The position numbers and the translations under genes are program-made. Positions 39,001-49,303 of a stretch of 64,000 nt of DNA are shown here, in pieces. Source of the stretch: Podarcis gaigeae (lineage: Eukaryota). Location of the stretch: the NCBI GenBank assembly GCA_964106915.2, contig OZ066914.1; one strand, 5' to 3'. The notes under the pieces are model-generated. The model saw only the letters and a list, made by a program, of their open reading frames with translations. It was not told the origin of the DNA and ran no database searches. Numbering within the stretch: position 1 is the first letter of the stretch; each line of letters begins with the position of its first letter.

Positions 39001-42000
39001 ATCAACCTATTCATTCATTCCAACATATTCTGCATTATTCCTAAAACAATGCAAGGATGGCAGACAAGCACTTATTTAAATCACTGTCTGCAGGCTGTAC
39101 CTTCTAAAAGAAGTGAGTGATTTATAACAGTCCTTCAACATGCCATTAAAAATCCAAGTGGCACTCTAGAGTAAGCAGTTTCACAAGGGTACAACCAACT
39201 TTTTAAAAAAACAACAACATTTTGAGTGGTTTTCTTGAAGGCTACTACACAACTATATATATCCACAGGTAACTGAAGATAGGGGACAAAGTATGTACCA
39301 CAACTCCCACCTCTGCTGGTAAGCTCTGAAAACCTTCCCTATCTCAGGCTTGTATGATATATTCTTTTCTCAGTCCAGGAAGAGGGAACAAATCTTAGCC
39401 ATGCAAAAACCTCCAGATCCTCCTAGCTTTACTTTGTCAAGTTGTCCCTCAATTAAAAGAAGTGAACAGATAGGAGTTCTGGGATAGCCTAGGTACAGGT
39501 AAAGCTGATAATGTGCAGGATCAGGTAGTCCTTTTTATCCAAGAACAGGGCAGGAGGAAGAGGCGAGAGCATGCAAGAGCCACAGACTCATTCACTCTCT
39601 CCTGGGTCCAGAAGTTCAGTTTAAATAGGCTCTCAATTATAACCAGGAGCTTCTCTTTCGATTCTTGTGAGCCATACATGTAACAGAGAGCAATACGTTC
39701 ACAGGCTGAATATACCAATAAGGTGTTTTTTTCCACGTGGCTTTCCAAGGCCCTTGCTTCCCTCCCTAAACAGGCCTTCAAATTAATTTCATTCAACATG
39801 AAAACAAGCATTAGCAAGTCAGAAAGTTCCCGTGAAGCTGTTAACATAGGACTTGGGGCAGAGATAAGGAAATTTAAATTTGACTGCAAGCTTTTCTGAC
39901 CAATCTGCACTTCCTTCAAATTATCAGTGTTCCTTCTTTGAGAGAGCGACAATGACCACTCCCCGCTTAAAACGGGGGGCGCCCTTTGCGTGGACGCGCA
40001 CAGCCCCTAGATCTGGAGCGGCTCCAACAGCATAGGTTTGGCTTTGCCTTCCCTCAGGTGGGATACCTGGAGGTCTCCGCCTACCCCAGTCAGTTGTCCA
40101 ATCCCACCTGGGGGAAGCGTTGCCAAGGAGACCAGGCCAGGTAGGGGAGGGATTAACTGCCCACACAATAGAGGGAGGATCTTACTTGGGAATCCTCTCT
40201 ATATTTTAAAACTCTTGCAGCATGTGAATCTCACAAGGATCTAGTAAGAACTAATGAAAACTATGAATTATCTAAAAAAAAATATGGTACTAAATTATAG
40301 ATAAACATACCGAGAGTTGCAAACTTTACAACACGTAAAATGCAGTTTTAAAATGTTGCAGCCCCTCTTCTTCTTATAACCTCTTGTGTTCTTTTCTGGT
40401 TGCATTGGAAAGCAATGAACCCGACTACTGACTGTCTGTGCAAAACTTTGCATCATAACTTCTAAGGCAATTCAGGAGTTTGTGGGTCATTTGCACACAC
40501 CTCTGGATTAAAGCCTCTATGTGAGAAAAGGAAGGATGGTCAGAAGGCAGACTGACCAGCTTCTGGGGCTTTAGACCTGAGGTGGGGATTTTGTTGGGAG
40601 GATGGAAACTGTAGTCCGGTAACATATAGAGGGCGGCAGGTTCCCCACTGTTGCTTTAGAGTTTCTGAGACTTTGGAACATTCTCTGGAAATTTCCTCTC
40701 AATGAGTCACTCTTCCATTACAGCCCAGAGAAAAAGGGGTGGGGAGGAAGAGAGAGAGAGAAAGAAAGAAGCTGGCTGACTTTTAAAAGAATAAAGTCTG
40801 GTAAAACTGAACCCTTAATTCAACAAACATGGACCCTCCACTGCAAAAAAGAAATAAAAAACAAAAGTTTGTTGCACAAAACACTCTGCATCTAGTTAGC
40901 ACTTCAGACAACAGACATTCCTACCAATGACACAAAAAATGTAAAACACAGCACAGAAACAAGCACAGATTGTTTGAGGGTGCTACATTACCTACAAAAA
41001 GCTCTTTTTGTCAAGTGTACCCTTTTGTTAAATCACTGGTTTCTTCTTCCAGAAAATATTTCAAGAAAACCTACAAAAAGCTCTTTTTGTCAAGTGTACC
41101 CTTTTGTTAAATCACTGGTTTCTTCTTCCAGAAAATATTTCAAGAAAAACTTTCAAGAATGAAAAGGCCAGTGCTTCAACAATTCAGAGGCATCGTTTTT
41201 CTAAAACTGTGGTGAAAATTGAAAACATGAACGCAGTACCTGAAGCTGTATTTTAGCATCTTTGCTGACACTTTTTGTTCTCCATCTTCTTGTGACACGC
41301 TTGTCCTTCTTATCTACACAATTAGCCTACGTCATGAAATAGTTAAAAGCAACAAAGCATTGTGTTAAAAGCACATATAAACAACCGACAGAGACAATAC
41401 TGGAAAAGTTAGTAACAAGAATCTTGGTGTTAGTTTTCAGCAAATAAAATTATGGTAAGAATGCTAACCCAGGCTCTCCATAAAAAGCAAACAATGTGTT
41501 ATTTTAAAACAAAGTTAAAAGCAAACTAACTCTGGAATACAAGAGTCATTTACTTTAGTAAATGAATACAAGAGTCATTTACTTTAGACTTTTCTGCCTA
41601 AATTCAGTGAAAGTATCCTTGCTTCCATATGACACTTAGTAATGCAAAACAAAAACAAAATGAATATTAAACTACTGGAACAAAGTATCTTATGGAACAA
41701 AGGTTATGAAAAATTATATTGGTTGCAGTATTTACAATCCTCACAGAACTGGATTATAGCAACAAGTTATTCTGCCCATGCTTCGATATTTCGTATTTGA
41801 CTAGAGAGTTTCTAAATTTTGCAGGCTGACAATTGGTTTCCTCTAGGAACCAAGTTTTCTATAACAAAACACATCATCATTTTTTTAAAATTTTGAATTC
41901 AAAACTTGCTTACCTGCATATCCGTGAAATTTGGAGCTGACTGAGTCCTCTGAAGTATTTCTAAGTTTTGAAGAATTTTACTGAGTTCCACAAGGTTTGA

Positions 42001-44316
42001 TTGGCAGTGCGTAAGGTCTGACACAAATTATATTCAAAGAAAGTACATTAGTTACCTTGGTCAAGATTTTATTTTTTCTATGGTATCTCATAACTTAAAT
42101 AGGATAAGATTATCAGTATANNNNNNNNNNNNNNNNNNNNNNNNNNNNNNNNNNNNNNNNNNNNNNNNNNNNNNNNNNNNNNNNNNNNNNNNNNNNNNNN
42201 NNNNNNNNNNNNNNNNNNNNNNNNNNNNNNNNNNNNNNNNNNNNNNNNNNNNNNNNNNNNNNNNNNNNNNNNNNNNNNNNNNNNNNNNNNNNNNNNTGTC
42301 TTCCCGTGTAAAAGTTGGGGTGTCTAGGCGACGTTTCGACGAGGTCTCACTCGTCATCTTCAGGCTGGTGCTTTCGGCTTCTTGTTACTGGAACAGAGCG
42401 GGATCTCAATGTTTGAGTTCCTATAAATACTGTAGAGGGGGTGTGGTGTCTAGCCTCCAATGTTCTGGGCAGAGAGGAAGTTCCCAGGCTAGTGTGCCTT
42501 TTCTTCTTTTGTTCCTTAATTACTTGAGAGATACCTTGAGTGATTTCTTGAGTGATATCCTGAGTACCACTTAGGTGGGTCATTAGGTGTGGATTAGTTG
42601 CTAAAGTCTTTGTGTCTTGACCTCTTGAACTTTGTGAAGAGTTTTCCTGAGAAGATGGCTGTATTGCACTTAGTTGTGCTTTGGCTTGGCTTCGTGTATA
42701 GGGGCGAGCTGTGGTTTTGTGGCTTGTGTCAGCCAGATCTGTGTAGGGATTGCAGGGGGGTGCAGCATCCGGAGGTGCCACCATGGATTGGCTACTGGAT
42801 GGTGTCAGTAATTCATCTGTGGAGAGGGTCTGGGTTTGGGTCTGGTGTGGTTGATTGGTGTTGGCGTTCTGTGTGCCTCTGGATCTGGTGTCAGTTTTTG
42901 TGGGGAGGGCTAATTTCCAGATGTCTGGCAAGCGGGATGTGTCGTCACGCTTGTTCATGTTGTGAGGGTGTTTCTCTATCTCGATGGCTTCCATGATTAT
43001 TCTCTTGTGGTGATGTTCCGTGTTAAAGAGCAATTTGGAATCTGCAAAATTAATTTCGTGTCCTGTTTCTTTCATGTGTTGGAAAAGAGAGGAAGTTTTT
43101 TCTTCTTTTTTGACGGCATTCTTGTGTTCTGCGATACGTGCATTTATTCGTCTGTTTGTTTGTCCAATGTACGTGGCTGGGCAGACTTTGCAGGGTATTT
43201 CATAGATCCCTTGGTTTTCCAACTGGATTTTATCCTTGGGGTTTCTGAGGATATTGGCTATTTTTTGGTTGGTGCAAAAGGCTGTTTTGATATTGTGTTT
43301 ATGGAGGATTTTGCTAATTTTATCTGTAGTGCCCTTGATATAAGGAAGGAGGGCCATGCCATTGTTTTCTTCTGTGTCTTGGTTTTTGGGGGGTGTTTCC
43401 TTTTGGATTAGCTTCGTAATCCTGTTTTGCTGGTATCCATTGGCAATTAACACATTTGAGAGATTCTGTAACTCAGTTGTCAAGTGGTCTTTGTCAGCCA
43501 GGCGTTTGGTTCTGGAGATGAGAGTCTTGGCTACGGAGTTTATTTGTGCAGGGTGGTGGTGTGATTGTGCATGTAAGTAGCGGTTGGTGTGTGTTTTTTT
43601 CTGGTAGATAGTGTGTCCTAGGGAGCCATCAGGTTTTTTGTAGATTAGGACGTCAAGGAAGGGAAGTTGGTTGTTGGCTTCTATTTCCATAGTGAATTGT
43701 ATTTTGGGGTGTAAGTTGTTGAGATGTGTGAGGAAGCTATCCAGTTTTTCCTTCCCGTGTGGCCAAATTACAAAGGTGTCGTCAACATATCTGAGCCAAA
43801 GTTTGGGTTTGTGTTCTGACTTGTCTAAAGCATTGGTTTCAAAGTGTTCCATGTACAGGTTTGCGATGACCGGTGAGAGGGGTGATCCCATAGGTGCTCC
43901 TTCTATCTGTTTGTATCTTTGTCCATTGTGGATGAAGTACGTGTTGGTTAGGCAGTGGTTGGTCAGGTCCAAGATGTATTCGGGGGGATTGTATTTGTTT
44001 TGAATAGCTGTCAAGGCTTCATTAATGGGCACTTGTGTGAAGAGAGATACAACATCGAAGCTCACAAGTAGGTCATTAGGATGTAGGTTTTGCTTCTTTA
44101 TTGTTTCTATGAACTGGAAGGAGTTTGGTACGTGTGAAGAGATGGATTCTGCATAGGGATCCCGCTCTGTTCCAGTAACAAGAAGCCGAAAGCACCAGCC
44201 TGAAGATGACGAGTGAGACCTCGTCGAAACGTCGCCTAGACACCCCAACTTTTACACGGGAAGACACCCGAGGACACCAAAACCTGCATTCCTGTACCCG
44301 TGAAAATCTACGAAAG

Positions 44317-44354
<38 letters not shown>

Positions 44355-45954
44355 TGCTACGCTTTCCATAGGCATAAAAAGTTATGCCCTAAATGAGGGA
44401 CTCAACATATAATCCCTGTACTCTTTTAATCTTCTTAATCCAAGAACAGCCAACACGGTGCTCTCCAGATAATGAACTATAAATCCCATCAGAGCGACCC
44501 TTAATTTCATAGGGTATACTTTGAGTAAAAGTTACTTGACTACAACCCAACATGCTGGATGTAAATAATTAGGCAAAAGAAAGCTAAAAGCACATTCCTC
44601 GCCAATTCCTTTTAATTCTTGAACTGGATTTTCATTGGGCTAGGCAATCCACCCCCCCAAATCTTGATTAGCTGTTTTATAAAGATCAGCAGTTCAATAT
44701 ACTGCCGTAATGGCCAGCAAGTAGCCATACCTCTGCCATGACTCATCTTCATCAGATAAAAAGCACTCAGAATATAGGTTGGTTAAATCTCCATTTTCTG
44801 TTAACTGTCAACTTATTGAGTATTGTAAGGGGGGTGGGAATATGTGTTATCGTCCCTGAAGCTGCTGTGACATCTTGGTTGGTGGAATCCAGTCTCAGAT
44901 CAGCTTAGCCAAGAGAACATGTGCTGTGAAATGGGCTCAAGAAGTTGGCTGTCCATTGTCTATTCTAGACCACATTTTGGGTCCCCAGCTGTTGTTGGAC
45001 TACAACTCCCATCAGCCCCAAGCCCAGGTCTTGTTACCTAGGAATGATGCCAGCTGTAGTCCAACAACAGCTGGGAAGCCAAGTTTGAGAAACACTGGCT
45101 AGACCAAGCATCCCCAAACTCAGCCCTCCAGCTGTTTTGGGACTAAAGTTCCCATCATCCCTGACCACTGGTCCAGTTAGCTAGGGATGATGGGAGTTGT
45201 AGTCCCAAAACAGATGGAGGGCCGAGTTTGGGGGTCCCTGGGCTAGACCATTCGCAGCATGCCATAAAAACTACAGATATAACATTAAAAACTAATCAGG
45301 AACCCTCATTTGTTTGTTTTTTTAAATAGCTCCCAGATACCTTGACACAAACTAGACAGATTTAGAAAAAGGCTAGTGCCAAACAACATTAACCTCCATT
45401 TTTAACCTGAAAGCCACCATAGGCAGGATTCATTGTGACCAGAAGTACCAACAGATTGCCCTTATTATTTTTTTATTGTATTAGTTATTAAATTCATATG
45501 CTACCCTTCATCCGAAAAGCACAGAGTGGTTTACAACATAAAAACACAAAATACATATTAGCAAAAAACAGTAAATCCACTGTTATAGGGAAATATGAAT
45601 ACTACATATTTAAAGCCCTAAATGGCCTCAGTCCTATATACCTAAAGGAGCATTTCCACCCCCATCATCCAGCCTGGACACTGAGGTCCAGCGCCGAGGG
45701 CTTTCTGGTGGTTCCCTCACTATGAGAAGTGAGGTTACAGGGAACCAGGCAGAGGGCCTTCTCGCCTGCCCTGTGGAACGCCCTCCCAGCAGATGTCAAG
45801 GCAATAAACAACTATTTTACTTTTAAAAGACAACTGAAGGCGGCCCTAAAAGGGAAGTTTTTAATGCCTGATGCTGTATTGTTTTGTATATTCAGTGGAA
45901 GCCACCCAGAGTGGCTGGGGAAACCCAGCCAGATGGGTGGGGTATAAATATTAA

Positions 45955-46001
<47 letters not shown>

Positions 46002-47329
46002 TGGGAACTATCTATTAGCCAGAAGCTGAGTACCTATAAATGGAAGGAAAGAAGCTTGACTAGAGACTGACCTTCCGCACACCTGTCCATCTCCTCGGAG
46101 TCTTGCAACCAAGCAACTACTTTACTTTGGCCAGTGGTACATGTTGCGGGGAGGCTGTTGCTGCAGGTAATTGATGGCTGCCATGGGAAATTATTCTGTG
46201 CGACCTAAAAAAAACAACCCAAAGATTCGAAAATTGTATAACTGAATACCGGGAGAAAAATGGCCTGTGCTAAAATCAAACCATCAGACAAGAAACAAAT
46301 GATATCCCATTTGAAAGAAGGCAAGCAAGTATGAATTCAGCACCTTAGCCCAGTGGTTCACAAACTCACCACCACCACCATGGACTGCTTGAAAATTGAT
46401 GGTGATCTTGGTTTTTCTGCCTGTTGTAACAATTGTAATGCACTGTGCTGGGTGCTACATTGTTTTTAAACGTATTTTTATTGTGTCCTTTCTTTCTAAT
46501 AATGTATTTTATTGTAATACAATTTGCATTCCATAGGATTAAAACTGTGATACAATAAAATACAATGAACAGAACGAAATAAGCAATAAAAATACAATTA
46601 AAAATGATGGTGTATATCAAATGTGGACATGCCGCAAACCACCTGACCCAAGCTTGTGGTCCACTGGCGGATGACAGTTTGGGAGCCCCTTCTCTAGTCC
46701 AAATAAAACATCAATAACAAGCAGTTCAGCAAAAGTGGTAAAATCTGGGACTTATTCAGCTTCCTCTTCTCTTCACTTCACTAGTGCTATCAATAATGGC
46801 ACACATTTCCTAACGGAGGACAATGGTTAGAAAATGTGGTGGATTATTAAACAAGTATCTTCCGATCAGGGACGTTTTATACCTTGGCCTCCAGGGCAGC
46901 AACATTAGCAGCTGGTGAAGATTCAGTAGTTGACGCTGAAGGGAATATGTGGAATCCGGCATCTCGTGGTGATCGTACAATCTCGTTCTGACGGTATAAC
47001 CTGTGGTGGCGCAGCCTCGATACCCAAGCATCAAACGAGTCCTGGGATTTTACCTAGTGAGAACGGGGAGCTCAGTAATAGTATCTGACTGTTTCAAATT
47101 GAGAAGAAAACTAATGGGAAGCATTCCTTACTTTCAAATGGTAAATATGCTCTTCAGTGTCAAGGTCTATCCTCCGAGTTTTCTTTTTAATCGACATAAC
47201 TGATAAGCCAACATCTATGCTTCCGTGAACCTTTCCTTTCTGAGTCTGAAAAATAAAAATGAAGAGAAAACATTGCCAATGAGCTGGGAAAAATAAGGTC
47301 ATTTATTTATTTAAGTATTTATATATCAC

Positions 47330-47376
<47 letters not shown>

Positions 47377-48817
47377 TCATTTATACCCCGCCCATCTGGC
47401 CGGGCCTCCCCAGCCACTCTGGGCGGCTTCCATAGAAACCAAAAATACAGTAAAATATCACACGTTAAAAACTTCCCTGAACAGGGCTGCCTTAAGATGT
47501 CTTCTGAATGTCAGGTAGTTGTTTATCGCTTTGACATCTGCTGGAAGGGCGTTCCACAGGGCGGGCGCCACTACCGAGAAGGCCCTCTGCCTGGTTCCCT
47601 GTAGCTTTGCTTCTCCGCAATGAGGGAACCGCCAGAAGGCCCTTGGCGCTGGACCTCAGCGTCCGGGCAGAACGATGGGGGATATATTTTATATAAAATA
47701 TATATATATAAGTGGCTTACAACGTTAAAAAAGATAAAAACCATACAATAAAATTTATGGTGCCCAATTGAAATATGTTGTTTACTAGGTCAGAAACATC
47801 AGAAAATATTATTAGATGGGGAGAAAACGAAAGCATCATTTTTCTGGAAAGGGAATCATGAAGATAGGAATGCATTGCCCTCTGATTTCCTAATAAACAC
47901 TTTCTCCGTGACTAATTCTAAAAAAGGCTTTATTTCATATGCTACATTAACATATATTAGAATCTCTGCTTGCTATAGACCACACGCTAAAAGCTGCAGA
48001 AAATAAAAGAAAATTAAAAGATATAACTAAATAGTCCTTCACCAAACAAAACATTCTTCTCCTTTCTTTCTACATCAATCATCATCAAAGGAAATATTAA
48101 TTATAATATTGGATTTTTATAATGTTACCTTTTAAAAAAATGCTCCAGTATTACTTACATCAATTGGCGACTTTGAATATTTCAACATTCCGTTATCCAG
48201 GACAAAAAAGCGCTACGGGGGGAAAAAACAATTTGTAAGAGGTCAAATAAAATCTGGCATATGTAAAATAATATATCTAATGAAGACAAATGCCTGTTCC
48301 TCGTGGTTACCAAATAATGAGCACACAGCAGAAACCATGCTGACAAGAGATCTTGCTTCCATTCCGTAGCCTAGATATGAGGCTTAGCCACTAAACTTTA
48401 TATGCCTTACAGCAGGGCTGAGGAACCTGGGGCCCAGGAGTTGAACACAGGACTCTGTGCCTTTTTATCTGGCTCTCAGGACTGTTCCCAGCCTAGATGT
48501 CATCTCCTCCTCAGCCCTGCTCTACTCTCAACTCAAGTGCTTTTGTCTGGCTGGAATGCGTCCTTGAAATATGCTCTACCCACACCTCTGACTCCATCCA
48601 CCACTGGCAAGTTGCCCTGTGAAGTTGCTCATGAAGAAATGCAGCTCTTGGGCTGAAGAAGGCAGACCACCCATGTCTCACAAGCATGGAGAGCAGGCAG
48701 CCCACCGCCAACTGCCATGCCCCATCTAGAACACTGGCCTTGAAGTCCAAACTATAATGGAGATGACCTAACGGCAAGCAAAAGACCTGCATACAGCACC
48801 CACTGTTACCTTCGCTC

Positions 48818-48858
<41 letters not shown>

Positions 48859-49245
48859 CACTATGAGAGATTGTAATTAGGAGCAGTGGACTCAAAAAAG
48901 AGAGTGTTTGTGTATGCTTAACCTTGTGCTCTCTGGTTGTTCTCCTCAAAAAATTTGAATGAAACAATAGCGAGAGTGGAAAGGGTCAAGCATATCCTCT
49001 CATTTTTCTCTCTCCTCATCACAGACTCCTGAGACTGTAAAAAACAGTGTTGGAAGAATGTCGCATTGAATGTCTAGTTTGGTCCTGAGGCCATCCATTG
49101 AATTCATCACGGGATTACCATTTCCCAGTTTTCTGGAGTTAAGTATCCTGACTAAACAATGCACATATGAGAAAAGGCAGGTAAGCTCTTAATAGCTTCC
49201 TAGCAATACCAGCAGGTGTCTCAGCTACGAGAACTGCAACTGCAT

Positions 49246-49303
<58 letters not shown>

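Larger units (their letters stand above)
42297..44320 (-). mobile_element. 5'-truncated Penelope-like retroelement (Penelope/Poseidon-type) with an inverted pLTR, next to a (TA)n tract
   Basis: Uninterrupted ORF with RT motifs [24 protein letters not shown] and a GIY-YIG endonuclease ([18 protein letters not shown]...RIAEH...EAIEI...NKRD); 109-bp perfect inverted repeats 42297-42405 / 44158-44266. Confidence 0.93.

Noticed and set aside
39939-40165. GC/CpG-rich patch as a regulatory island
   Set aside because: More likely an LTR or TE fragment; no TSD or identity could be established
42598-44003. Several plus-strand ORFs
   Set aside because: Antisense shadows of the PLE ORF
44158-44248. N-terminal 30 aa of the 633-aa ORF ([10 protein letters not shown]...)
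   Set aside because: Starts at TTG and is the antisense pLTR fused in frame; not a genuine PLE N-terminus
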